A model generated the notes under the pieces. It made no database searches, had not been told where the DNA came from, and worked only from the letters and a program-made list of their open reading frames with translations. Shown here piece by piece: positions 1 to 8,778 of a stretch of 50,073 nt of DNA. Positions within the stretch are counted from its first letter, which is position 1; every line of letters starts with the position of its first letter. The DNA is from an uncultured Spirochaetaceae bacterium (GTDB taxonomy: Bacteria; Spirochaetota; Spirochaetia; DSM-27196; PWMO01), in the NCBI GenBank assembly GCA_964616245.1, contig CAZTRQ010000003.1, forward strand, positions 1-50,073, written 5' to 3'. A program made the position numbers and the translations under genes.

Positions 1-298
1 CCGGAGGCCGCCGGTCGATCGTATAAGAGAGCCGCTGCCGTCCCTCCGGATTCCCCGTCGGTTGAACTTCGAGGACAAAGCGTCGCTCGTTTCCCGAAAG
101 CGTCGACAACACCAGAGGGCGGTCCCAGCTTCGGAAGATGCGGTTCCCTTCGAAACGAAACTGCCAAGAGCCCGCCGGAGGGTCAAGAGAGACCTCTTGG
201 TGATAGACGCCGGGAGGGGGCTGAATCGTAACGTCTTGGGACTGACCGAAAGCCCCAATGACCGGAAAAAGAAGGAGCAGGAGCGACGCTATTCTCAT
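1..298 (-). CDS. Exported protein, N-terminal part only (gene runs off the window start)
   Basis: Not in the ORF track because it has no stop in the window. ATG at 298-296 is followed by 99 open codons down to position 2. My translation is MRIASLLLLLFPVIGAFGQSQDVTIQPPPGVYHQEVSLDPPAGSWQF..., a classical signal peptide. Third codon positions are GC-rich like neighbouring genes. It lies 36 nt downstream of the PRTase stop on the same strand. Confidence 0.45.
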   Translation of the reverse strand, partial: MRIASLLLLLFPVIGAFGQSQDVTIQPPPGVYHQEVSLDPPAGSWQFRFEGNRIFRSWDRPLVLSTLSGNERRFVLEVQPTGNPEGRQRLSYTIDRRPP

Positions 299-334
299 AG
301 TCCCGATTATCGGCCCTTCCGGCACCTCTGTCGA

Positions 335-937
335 CTATTCGAGAATTGACCTGAGAATTTCAGAGACTTCAGCGTCCTCTGTGTAGTTTTCGGAGATCTC
401 TTGTTTCGCGAGCCCGACGAGCTCGTGGCTCATGTAGTGAATCCAATGGTCATCTTCCGGGCGTTCGATTACATGTTTCCGGCAGTAGTAATCCGGGTGG
501 ACCGGATGGTCGTCGGGAAGGTACGTTCGGACCTTGTAGTCGTGGACCGCAACCCGAACGTCGTCCCGGGGGAGTCCCTTTCGAAGGATGATATCCACTA
601 AGTGGTTGATGGTGTTTCCCGAGTCGAAAATGTCGTCGATCAGGAGAACCTTGTCGCCGCTTCGAAGGTATTCGGGACTGTAGGTCCAGCCGTCGACCAT
701 CACCAGATCCTGTTCCCGAATATCCGAATACGACCGGGCGACGACAGCCGCGTAAAAAACCGGCCGGCTCCCTCGACGAACGACCTTGAAGTACTCGCTC
801 ATCACGTTGCCGACGTAGGCGCCACCCCGAAGACTCACGTAGACGACATCCGGCTCGAAACCACCCTCGTGGATGGTATGGGCCAGCTTTAGAGAATTGT
901 TACGAACAGTCTCGAAGGAAACGAATTCTTTCGACAT
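335..937 (-). CDS. Purine-type phosphoribosyltransferase (HPRT/XPRT-like)
   Basis: 200 aa. PRPP-binding loop VLLIDDIFDSGNT. Overall layout of type I PRTases. ATG start. Confidence 0.8.
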   Translation of the reverse strand: MSKEFVSFETVRNNSLKLAHTIHEGGFEPDVVYVSLRGGAYVGNVMSEYFKVVRRGSRPVFYAAVVARSYSDIREQDLVMVDGWTYSPEYLRSGDKVLLIDDIFDSGNTINHLVDIILRKGLPRDDVRVAVHDYKVRTYLPDDHPVHPDYYCRKHVIERPEDDHWIHYMSHELVGLAKQEISENYTEDAEVSEILRSILE

Positions 938-940
938 GCT

Positions 941-2425
941 CTACGGACTCTCCACTTCGAGGCTCTCCGTCTCGCCCTCCCGAAGGAGCGTAAAGGAGAC
1001 CGACTGACCGGACTCGACCGCCAACTCGCGGTAGAAATCTGCGAGAGATCCGACGTTTTTCCCGTTCATCGCCGTGATGATATCTCCCACTTGTATCCCC
1101 GCTACCGCCGCGGGAGTACGGTTTTCTACGCCGCTTACAACAACGCCGGTTACCCGACGGGGAAGCTCGAACTCCTCTCGCACCTCTTCGGTCAGGGGAT
1201 AGGCGCTGACGCCGGGCCAGAGGCTACGGTTGAGGTCGGCGATGGACTCTTCGGTCTCCCGGACGGTAATCCGCACTCGAATCGTCCGGACGTCCGACTG
1301 CCGAACAAGCTCGAATACGGCGGTCTCCCCCGCCGGTAGATCTCCGACCCGAAGGATCAACTCGTCGGCATCCTCTATTCGCCGGCCGTTTACCGCCAGA
1401 ATAAAGTCGCCGGGGAGAATCCCTCCCCGATCCGCTGGGGAGCCACGAAACACATGGTGGACCAAGGCCCCGTCGCGCTGCCGAATTCCGATGTCTTCGG
1501 CCATGGCCGGGTCGACGTCCCGAATACTAACTCCGAGCCACCCGTATTGAACCGCGCCGGATTCGATAAAGTCGTTGATAGCGCTCTTTACGTTGTTGAC
1601 GGGGATAGAGAACCCAAGACCGACGCTGCCGCCGGTTTGGGACGTTATCCAAGTGTTTATACCCACCACCTGTCCCCGGAGATTGACGAGAGCACCACCG
1701 CTGTTTCCCTGGTTTATCGAGGCATCGGTCTGGATAAAGTCGCTTATGTTGCCCTGGGGGCCTCCACGACGCCCCACGGCGCTGACAATACCCGCCGTCA
1801 CCGTCGACTGGAACCCAAAGGGACTACCGATCGCAATAACCCAGTCTCCGACTCGCAGTGTCTCCGAGTCTCCGAGCCGAGCGACGGGAATATCGTCTCT
1901 GCTTTCGAAGGAAACCATCGCTAGGTCTTTTCGGGTGTCCTTCCCCACCAACCGACCGTCGAACTCCCTCGAGTCGTCGAGAAGGATGTTGATCTTATCC
2001 GCGTCCCCCACCACGTGGTCGTTGGTCAACACGTAGTAGGTATTGCCGTCCCGACGCACGATAACCCCGGAGCCAAGGCCCTGGGTCCGGAACTGGCCGT
2101 CGTCCTCGTCTGGTTCTCCAAAAAAGAAATCGAACCACGGAAGGTTGTTTCCCCGGGGAAGCTCCTGTGTACGAACCTCTTCTACGTCGATACGAACGAC
2201 CGAGGGAAGCACATCACGGGCAACGGTGCGGAAGCTGTGCTGCATCACACTCAGATCGAGATCCGGCTGGCCGGTCGCCTGCTGCGCCAGAGCTGCGTCC
2301 CCGGGCTGAATCGACGTGGAACGCGAAAACACCAGCGTCGAAAGTGAAAAACCAAGAATAACCCCGACCAGTACCAAGTTTATTATCAAGAACCGGCCGG
2401 AGGCCAGAAAGCTACGCCTAGACAT
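941..2425 (-). CDS. htrA: HtrA/DegP-family periplasmic serine protease with two PDZ domains
   Basis: 494 aa. N-terminal membrane anchor/signal. Catalytic motifs TNDHVV (His) and GNSGGALVN (Ser). Two C-terminal PDZ-like segments (ILPGDFILAVNG, IQVGDIITAMNG). SD GGAGGA upstream. Confidence 0.92.
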   Translation of the reverse strand: MSRRSFLASGRFLIINLVLVGVILGFSLSTLVFSRSTSIQPGDAALAQQATGQPDLDLSVMQHSFRTVARDVLPSVVRIDVEEVRTQELPRGNNLPWFDFFFGEPDEDDGQFRTQGLGSGVIVRRDGNTYYVLTNDHVVGDADKINILLDDSREFDGRLVGKDTRKDLAMVSFESRDDIPVARLGDSETLRVGDWVIAIGSPFGFQSTVTAGIVSAVGRRGGPQGNISDFIQTDASINQGNSGGALVNLRGQVVGINTWITSQTGGSVGLGFSIPVNNVKSAINDFIESGAVQYGWLGVSIRDVDPAMAEDIGIRQRDGALVHHVFRGSPADRGGILPGDFILAVNGRRIEDADELILRVGDLPAGETAVFELVRQSDVRTIRVRITVRETEESIADLNRSLWPGVSAYPLTEEVREEFELPRRVTGVVVSGVENRTPAAVAGIQVGDIITAMNGKNVGSLADFYRELAVESGQSVSFTLLREGETESLEVESP

Positions 2426-2442
2426 CTATCCTCCGTGAATAG

Positions 2443-2471
2443 AGTATATCGGTAATGATTCCCTCTGTCAG
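2443..2471 (-). promoter_or_regulatory. Candidate sigma70-type promoter for htrA (CTGACA-N17-TATACT on the minus strand)
   Basis: Read by eye in the 56-nt map/htrA spacer. -35 at 2466-2471 and -10 at 2443-2448. About 17 nt separate the -10 from the htrA ATG (2423-2425). Confidence 0.35.
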
Positions 2472-2481
2472 TTTCGCCGCC

Positions 2482-3234
2482 TCACGCGTCCCAGGGAGTT
2501 AAAATTTCCGGTCCGTCGCTCAGTATGACGATCGTAAATTCGTAGTGCGCCGACACCGAGCCGTCGGAAGTAACCACAGTCCAGTCGTCGTCGAGAACCT
2601 CGACATCGTCGTCTCCGAGGTTGACCATCGGCTCGATGGCCAAAACCATCCCCGGCTTTAGCCTCGGATTCGGACCGGGGCCGACGTAGTTCGGTACCTG
2701 CGGGTCCTCGTGAATCGACAGCCCGAGACCGTGGCCGCAGTACGGCCGGACGATCCCGAACCCCTCTTTCGAAACGTGCTCTTCGATAGCTCGGGAAATA
2801 TCGTTTATTCGATGCCCCAACCGAGCAGCCGCTACGCCTCGGTAAAGGCTCTCCTTCGTCACCCGAAGAAGCTTTTTGACTTCCGGAGCCACCGAACCGA
2901 CGGGAACGCTCAACGCCGCGTCGCTGTAGTAGCCCTCGAGGTCGATGCCGCAATCCACCCCGACGACCTGTCCTTCCGAGAGACGGCGAGCGTCGGGAAT
3001 TCCGTGTATTACCGCCGAATCCACCGACGTACACAGCGCGGCAGGGAAACCATGATAACCAAGAAACGACGGACGGCCACCGGATCGTTCGATACGCTTC
3101 CGGGCGATGGCATCGAGGTCGAGGGTCGAAATACCCGGTCGCACCTCCGGCTGGAGGGTTTTTAGTATCTCTACGAGAAGCTCTCCGGACTTCCGGATGC
3201 CTTCAATCTGCTTCTCGGTCTTAAGTCGAATCAC
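2482..3234 (-). CDS. map: Methionine aminopeptidase, type I
   Basis: 250 aa. Metal-ligand context VDCGIDLEGYYSD, HGLGLSIHE, AIEPM, HYEFTIV. GTG start inside a GTGA overlap with the upstream gene stop (3231-3234). Confidence 0.93.
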   Translation of the reverse strand: MIRLKTEKQIEGIRKSGELLVEILKTLQPEVRPGISTLDLDAIARKRIERSGGRPSFLGYHGFPAALCTSVDSAVIHGIPDARRLSEGQVVGVDCGIDLEGYYSDAALSVPVGSVAPEVKKLLRVTKESLYRGVAAARLGHRINDISRAIEEHVSKEGFGIVRPYCGHGLGLSIHEDPQVPNYVGPGPNPRLKPGMVLAIEPMVNLGDDDVEVLDDDWTVVTSDGSVSAHYEFTIVILSDGPEILTPWDA

Positions 3235-4832
3235 TGATCCTCCATGGCTGCGAAGAGTCGAACTGCCTCGGTATTCCCCGGAGACATCGCGAGAGCTTCT
3301 CGAAGCCGCTGCCGGGCCCCTTGCCTATCACCCTGTCTCAAGAGCACGCGCGCCTCGAGAACCTTCAGAACGCTCCGACGGCGGTCCGTCAGATCGTACC
3401 AAGGCTCTCCCTGGGCGTCCTTCAACAGCTCTATCGCCTCGGCGAAGCGTCCGAGACCGAGGGCGAGAACCGCCGCATTGTGTGCCGCCTCCCACCCGAA
3501 GAGGCTCTGATGTGCCCTTCGAAAGTCAAGAAACGCCTCCTCACTGCGATCCCGGCTATTGTGATAGAGAGCGCGGTAGAAAACAAGGGAGCTCGATACG
3601 CCGGTCTCCGTTCCCGTAACGAGCCTCTCGGTTTCGGCAAGGCGTCCTATCCCCTCGAGGTACCACAAAAGATAGCGCCGAAGGGTCATGTCCGTTGGAT
3701 ACGCATTCGCCAGGGACCACAGTTGTGCCGCGTTCGCCTCCGGCTCTCGGCTGTCCGCTTCGGTCAATAGATAAAAGACCAGGCGATCCCGGCCACCGGG
3801 GGATCGCGCCATCTCCCGACCGAGGGTAGCCAGATGGCTTTCTACCCCTCCCCTGCCTTCGTACTCCAGGAGGGCGGCGACGAGGGTTCCGTCCCCGGGA
3901 TGGGTCGCGAGCCCTTCACGGAGAATCTCGACCCTTTTGTCTCTATCGGCAGCAAGAAGCGCCGCGTTGTTGTAGGCGAAGGGTGCGTAATCCCCTCCTC
4001 GCCGAAATAGCGCCTCGTAGCCCTGGCGAGCAGTCTCCACCCTGCCGGCCAGGTACATCGCGTCCGCCCGGAGGGCCAAGGAAGCTCCGTCGTTTCCGGG
4101 TATCGGGGCAAGAAGCTCGGCAGCACGGTTCCATTCGCCAACGTCGTAGGCCAGGGTGGCAACGAGGAGCGGCTCGACCTCAGACAGAGAGCGCTCCTCA
4201 CCCTCTCTCAGTGAATCCCGGACAAAACCGGAGGAAGCAAGTTGCAGAACGCCATCTATGGCGTACTCAGAGCGATTCGTCACCCGAGCCGCGTCGAAAA
4301 ACACCTGAGGTGGAGAGGCTTCACCGAGAAAGAGAAGGTCGTAAGGGTGGTCGGTGCGTTCGACCTCGGCACCGGTTCGCAACAGGTAGGCGGCACCCAG
4401 GTAGGGATAGGTATCGAGGAAGCGATCCTCCGGCGGGGTCCGGAAAGCAGCTGCTTCCCGAGACTCCAGAAAAGAGTAAACGGCCACCGCCGTAATTTCG
4501 GAGTCCCGAGGAAAGCGTCGATACCAGGCTTCTGCGCGCTCTTGAAGACGGTCGTAAGCTTCGGTAGCTTCGGCCAAGCGGTAGGACCGCTTAAGAACCC
4601 GGAGCGCGTTCCGAGGCGTCGATACAACCCCGGACGCCTCGTCGAGGAGCTCCGGGATGTCCTCGTAGAGTTCCTGTTCGAGGCGCCCGTCGACTCGGGT
4701 CAGAATATCATCGAGGATCCGGGACTCCCGAAAGCCCATTACGCCACGGTAGACGATAAAGAGAGCGCCCAGAAACACGAGCACCGAGACCAGGAAGAAG
4801 AGCACCGAAGCCTTCCCCCGCAGGGGCTTCAC
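3231..4832 (-). CDS. Membrane-anchored TPR-repeat protein
   Basis: 533 aa. One N-terminal TM helix (VLFFLVSVLVFLGALFIVY), then helical repeat sequence with TPR-like A/L/Y/R periodicity. GTG start in a GTGA overlap with the nusB stop. Confidence 0.7.
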   Translation of the reverse strand: MKPLRGKASVLFFLVSVLVFLGALFIVYRGVMGFRESRILDDILTRVDGRLEQELYEDIPELLDEASGVVSTPRNALRVLKRSYRLAEATEAYDRLQERAEAWYRRFPRDSEITAVAVYSFLESREAAAFRTPPEDRFLDTYPYLGAAYLLRTGAEVERTDHPYDLLFLGEASPPQVFFDAARVTNRSEYAIDGVLQLASSGFVRDSLREGEERSLSEVEPLLVATLAYDVGEWNRAAELLAPIPGNDGASLALRADAMYLAGRVETARQGYEALFRRGGDYAPFAYNNAALLAADRDKRVEILREGLATHPGDGTLVAALLEYEGRGGVESHLATLGREMARSPGGRDRLVFYLLTEADSREPEANAAQLWSLANAYPTDMTLRRYLLWYLEGIGRLAETERLVTGTETGVSSSLVFYRALYHNSRDRSEEAFLDFRRAHQSLFGWEAAHNAAVLALGLGRFAEAIELLKDAQGEPWYDLTDRRRSVLKVLEARVLLRQGDRQGARQRLREALAMSPGNTEAVRLFAAMEDQ

Positions 4833-5239
4833 TGTCGCAACTCCTTGCGAAGCCCGTCGAGAACTCCGTTGACGAAGCGATACGCATCGTCGCCGGAGAA
4901 CTCCTTGGCGATGTCGATCGCTTCGTCGATGGTCACAGAATCGGGAATAGAGGGCTGGTAGAGAATGCAGTAGGCGCTTAGCCGGAGAATCGCCAGGTCG
5001 ACCTTGGCAAGACGACTAATATCCCAGTTGGACAAATGCCGTTTGATGGCTTCGTCGACCGAGGGAAGCTGCTCCAAAGTGCCCTGGAGGAGTAGCCGGG
5101 CAAAGTCGAGGGTATCCTGATCGTCTCCACTACCGTCGAGCCAGGGGAACCCTGAGAGAAACGGCTCCTCGACAGCTGAGATATCCCAGCTATAGAGGGC
5201 CTGCATGGCGAGGATCCGTCCTCGTCGACGGGAACCCAT
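4829..5239 (-). CDS. nusB: Transcription antitermination factor NusB
   Basis: 136 aa. N-terminal RRRGRILAMQALYSWD and C-terminal DDAYRFVNGVLD are typical NusB signatures. Confidence 0.9.
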   Translation of the reverse strand: MGSRRRGRILAMQALYSWDISAVEEPFLSGFPWLDGSGDDQDTLDFARLLLQGTLEQLPSVDEAIKRHLSNWDISRLAKVDLAILRLSAYCILYQPSIPDSVTIDEAIDIAKEFSGDDAYRFVNGVLDGLRKELRQ

Positions 5240-5243
5240 TGCC

Positions 5244-6338
5244 CTACCAGTCGAGGTTCTGTTCGAAAACGGTAACCTCGGCTTCCTCCCGCAATTCGTC
5301 CACGACCTCTTGAATAGCCCGTTGAAAAGCCTGTTGCTGCTTGTTCGAGAGGATAAAGTTCCGAATTTGATCCCGAACCGTCGTGTTCTGTCCCGGAAGC
5401 ACCGGGTCCGACAATTCGAGAATCCGAGCGCGTCGCTTGTTGGTTACACGCACAATGTGGTATCCGACGTTGCTTTCCAGGACACCGTCGCTGACCTCTC
5501 CCTCTTCGACTTCGAAGACGCTATCGATAAAACGTGTCCCGAGGAGCCTCTGGGATTGCTGGTCTTGCCGCAACAAGTAGCCGAAGTCTCCTCCTGAGAA
5601 GGTCGCGTCGTCGAGCGATTCGTCGAGCAGCCCGGCGAAGCTCGCAGCCCCGCTTCGAATTCGTCCATAGAGCGCTTCGGCCCGCTCACGACGCTCCTGC
5701 TTTTCCTGGGTACTCAGGTTCCGGGTGTCGATGTAGAGATGCGAAAAGCGAACCATCGCCGGATTCGCGAACTGGGTCGCGTTCTCGTCGTAAAAACGAC
5801 GAATCTCCGCCTCGGTAGGGGGTGATATGTCTTGAATAACCGAGCGTTTCTCTTCGAGGATGTAGCGCTCCTGGATGAGACGCTCTCGAACCTGGTCGAC
5901 GTACTCGTCCCAGGAAACACCAGACTCCCGAACCACCAGCTGCCGAAACTGTGCGTCGGACACCGGCTGACCGAGAGCGGCCCGCTGTTGAGCGATCGCC
6001 TGGTCTACGTCTTCCTGGGTAACACGAATACGCTTTCTCTCGGCAGCCTGATTCAAGAGCACCTCGGCTATCTGGGCGTCGAGGAGCTCTCGGCGGTTCT
6101 CGGGAGAAAGCTCTCGTCCGAGCTGCTGCTCCAAGAGCTCCACCTGTCGGCGAAGCTCTCGCCGGCCGATGTTCACTGTCTCGGTTAGACGCACCACTGC
6201 TACGGGCTGATCGAGGAGCTGGCCAAAGGCCGAAAGACTCACCCAGAAGAGCACAAATCCAATCAGTGTCCGCTTTACCGTTGTACTACGAGTCATCTGC
6301 ATCTCCCCGACTCTATCACGATTTCGGGCTAAGTTCAC
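5244..6338 (-). CDS. SurA/PrsA-like peptidyl-prolyl isomerase (parvulin-type)
   Basis: 364 aa. Signal peptide (TLIGFVLFWVSLSAFGQ). SurA-N-like helical region. PpiC/rotamase segment GGDFGYLLRQD...GYHIVRV. The start is ambiguous: GTG 6338 (GTGA overlap), or ATG 6302/6296. ATG 6296 has GGGGAG 6 nt upstream. Confidence 0.8.
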   Translation of the reverse strand: MNLARNRDRVGEMQMTRSTTVKRTLIGFVLFWVSLSAFGQLLDQPVAVVRLTETVNIGRRELRRQVELLEQQLGRELSPENRRELLDAQIAEVLLNQAAERKRIRVTQEDVDQAIAQQRAALGQPVSDAQFRQLVVRESGVSWDEYVDQVRERLIQERYILEEKRSVIQDISPPTEAEIRRFYDENATQFANPAMVRFSHLYIDTRNLSTQEKQERRERAEALYGRIRSGAASFAGLLDESLDDATFSGGDFGYLLRQDQQSQRLLGTRFIDSVFEVEEGEVSDGVLESNVGYHIVRVTNKRRARILELSDPVLPGQNTTVRDQIRNFILSNKQQQAFQRAIQEVVDELREEAEVTVFEQNLDW

Positions 6339-7144
6339 GAGGCGAACTGACGCTCCTGGAGCCGCTCCGACAAGCGTTGTCCCCCGGGAACCCGAGGATC
6401 GAGAGCCAAGCTCCGGCGGACATAGGTAAAGGCCATCCCTTCGTTTCCGTCGTCGAGATGCAGCTCCGCCGCCTTCTTCAGAAAGTAGGCGGTGTCTCGA
6501 TTCGAGAATCCCCGACAGACCATCTCGTCAATGCAGATAAGGGCCTGCCGGGGCGAGAACCGTTTAGGCATATCGATACAGACGAGCTGCTTGAGCTTAT
6601 CCACGACATCGACGAAAAAGTGGCGAAAGTAGGCATCCTGCTGTTCCTCGGATACCAAATCCATCAAGAGCTGGTAGGCCAACAACAAGGCTCCCCGACG
6701 TTGGTACTCCTCCGCGAGGAGAAAGCTGCAGTCCATATAGTCTTCTCGAGAAAGATAATCGGCGATCCGCCGGCCCCGACTCAGAAAGTAGTGCTCGTGC
6801 GTATTGACCGCTTCGTCGGTAACGTCGTGAAGCAGGTCGAAAAAGATGAGCTTCGCCTGGCTGGCGAGGTCTTCGGGACGCCCCCGAAGAAACTCGCGAT
6901 AGTCGAAATGAAACGCCCCGGGAACGATAAAGTGACGTCGATCGTACTCCTCCCGGAGCTGTGCATCGCTGAGGATCTCGTATGCCTGTACGAGCTGCTG
7001 CATCAACTCGAGGCTCTCGTCGCTCCCCCCGAGGACATCGGGATGAATGGTCTTAGCCTTCTGTCGGAAGGCTCGTTTGATGTCGGCGTCCGAGCAAGAG
7101 GAATCGAGGCCGAGAATATCGTAATAGGTGGTCACAAAGTTCAT
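6335..7144 (-). CDS. J-domain (DnaJ-like, type III) protein
   Basis: 269 aa. N-terminal J domain YYDILGLDSSCSDADIKRAFRQKAKTIHPDV with an HPD motif. No G/F or zinc-finger region; the C-terminal part is helical. ATG in an ATGA overlap with the upstream gene. Confidence 0.8.
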   Translation of the reverse strand: MNFVTTYYDILGLDSSCSDADIKRAFRQKAKTIHPDVLGGSDESLELMQQLVQAYEILSDAQLREEYDRRHFIVPGAFHFDYREFLRGRPEDLASQAKLIFFDLLHDVTDEAVNTHEHYFLSRGRRIADYLSREDYMDCSFLLAEEYQRRGALLLAYQLLMDLVSEEQQDAYFRHFFVDVVDKLKQLVCIDMPKRFSPRQALICIDEMVCRGFSNRDTAYFLKKAAELHLDDGNEGMAFTYVRRSLALDPRVPGGQRLSERLQERQFAS

Positions 7145-7554
7145 TCTATTTTTAAACCGGCACCTACCGTTTTGGCCTGCTCTTCGCTCCGAAGGGAATG
7201 AAATATCCGAAGAAACATTCCTTCTTTTTCCATTACCGCCATCAGCCTCTTAAGGGTTCTGCCCTCGCCGAGGGGGTGCTTTAAGATGTAGGCGGAACTC
7301 CTCTTGCCGGAAACGGTTCCGGCTTCCGAGAGAAAGTCGCGAACGAGGTCGGGAATTTTTCCTCCGAATAGGTTGGTCTGTTCGACGCCCATCGCGATGT
7401 ACTGATACACCGTAACCTTTTGACCGACGTGCCGTGTCCCGTCGATCAGATCGACCTGATGCCCCTGCCGCTCGATACCTTCGGCAAGAGATCGGGATAT
7501 TGAGGTCATCTTGTCCGGTTTGGAAGAGGGAAAATAGACGACCGCTACCCGCAC
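7141..7554 (-). CDS. Small flavodoxin-fold-like protein, function unknown
   Basis: 137 aa. beta-alpha-beta start MRVAVVYFPSS...SLAEGIERQGHQVDLID resembles flavodoxin/HemG-like proteins by eye. The usual T/S-x-T-G-x-T FMN phosphate loop is not evident. GTG start; GC3-rich coding signal. Confidence 0.5.
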   Translation of the reverse strand: MRVAVVYFPSSKPDKMTSISRSLAEGIERQGHQVDLIDGTRHVGQKVTVYQYIAMGVEQTNLFGGKIPDLVRDFLSEAGTVSGKRSSAYILKHPLGEGRTLKRLMAVMEKEGMFLRIFHSLRSEEQAKTVGAGLKIE

Positions 7555-7572
7555 GTCACGCCTCGGTAGGGT

Positions 7573-7965
7573 CTATTCTTCGGCGCCATCGTCTCCTTCC
7601 AGAGTCGCGTCGGGTTCGGCCGTTTCTTCGATTGCTTCTTCCGGGAGGGGGTCTTCTTCTACCCGCCACCATTCGACGGTATCGCCGTCCGCCTGGAGCC
7701 GCCGGGCTGCTGCTTCGACGTTCCCCGATTCCGGTGTTCTGTTGATCCATGCCAGACCGAAGGAGCTGATCAGAAAGACCGCACCCAATATCGAAGTTAT
7801 CCGGGTAAGAATATTTCCAGAGCGACCGCCGACCGGTGCCGAAGAGCCGCCTCCGAAGATACCACCGAGGCCCTCGCCCCCCTCGTCCTGGATCAAAACA
7901 AGGCCGATTAGTAGCAAGGCGGCAAGCACGAATACGATCAATAAGAGAATTCCGAGAAAGCCCAC
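7573..7965 (-). CDS. secG: Preprotein translocase subunit SecG (with long acidic tail)
   Basis: 130 aa. Two TM helices flank a Gly-rich loop (LIQDEGGEGLGGIFGGGSS). Position downstream of tpiA as in many bacteria. GTG start with GAGGAG 9 nt upstream. Confidence 0.8.
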   Translation of the reverse strand: MGFLGILLLIVFVLAALLLIGLVLIQDEGGEGLGGIFGGGSSAPVGGRSGNILTRITSILGAVFLISSFGLAWINRTPESGNVEAAARRLQADGDTVEWWRVEEDPLPEEAIEETAEPDATLEGDDGAEE

Positions 7966-7996
7966 AGTTCTATACTCCTCGAGGTGAAAATCTAAC

Positions 7997-8749
7997 TTAG
8001 GAAGCCGACCGGGCTATGGCGGCAAATGAGTCCGCTTTTAAGGATGCTCCGCCGACGAGGGCACCGTCAATGTTGTCTTTCTTGAGAAGCTCGGCGGCGT
8101 TATCCGGCTTTACTGAGCCACCATATTGGATTATGGTCCCGTCGGCAACCCCATCGCCCATCGTCTCTCCGAGCCAGACGCGGATTGCCCGGTGCATTGC
8201 ATCGGCGTCCTCCGGCGTGGCGGTCTTGCCTGTGCCGATAGCCCATACCGGCTCGTAGGCGATAACGATACTCCCCATGGCCCCTGGGTCGACACCCTTG
8301 AGAGAACCGGAGAGCTGTTCCCGAACAACCTCTTCCGCTTTTCCCGCTTCCCGTTCGTCGAGAAGCTCGCCGACGCAGAGAATTACCTCGAGACTCTCGG
8401 CGACGGCAAGCTGAACCTTCTGGTTGACCATCGCGTCCGTCTCGCCGTAGATGTGCCGTCGTTCCGAATGGCCGAGAATAACCGTCTCGACACCAAGGTC
8501 CTTGAGCATTTCAGCCGAGACCTCGCCGGTGTGGGCCCCGGAAAGCTCGAGTCCCATGTTCTGCGCCCCGAGCCGAATTCCCGAACCCTTTAGGGCAGCC
8601 CCAACCTCCGGCAGGGACGTGAAGGGAGGAGCAACCATCACCCGGGTCGCGATCCCGTCGAGACTCGCACGGAGCTCCTCCGCCAGTGTTTTCGCGTCGT
8701 TGCGAAGTTTGTTCATCTTCCAGTTTCCGGCGATATAGGTTTCTCGCAT
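7997..8749 (-). CDS. tpiA: Triosephosphate isomerase
   Basis: 250 aa. Motifs AGNWKMN, GHSERR, AYEPVWAIGTG. Confidence 0.96.
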   Translation of the reverse strand: MRETYIAGNWKMNKLRNDAKTLAEELRASLDGIATRVMVAPPFTSLPEVGAALKGSGIRLGAQNMGLELSGAHTGEVSAEMLKDLGVETVILGHSERRHIYGETDAMVNQKVQLAVAESLEVILCVGELLDEREAGKAEEVVREQLSGSLKGVDPGAMGSIVIAYEPVWAIGTGKTATPEDADAMHRAIRVWLGETMGDGVADGTIIQYGGSVKPDNAAELLKKDNIDGALVGGASLKADSFAAIARSAS

Positions 8750-8778
8750 CCGGGTCTGCTCCTTCTGTCGTTCTATGC

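Noticed and set aside
62-349. 95-aa plus-strand ORF from the track (TTG start, Arg-rich).
   Set aside because: It lies antisense to a better minus-strand reading frame (1-298) that starts with ATG and encodes a clean signal peptide. Its composition is typical of GC-driven spurious ORFs.
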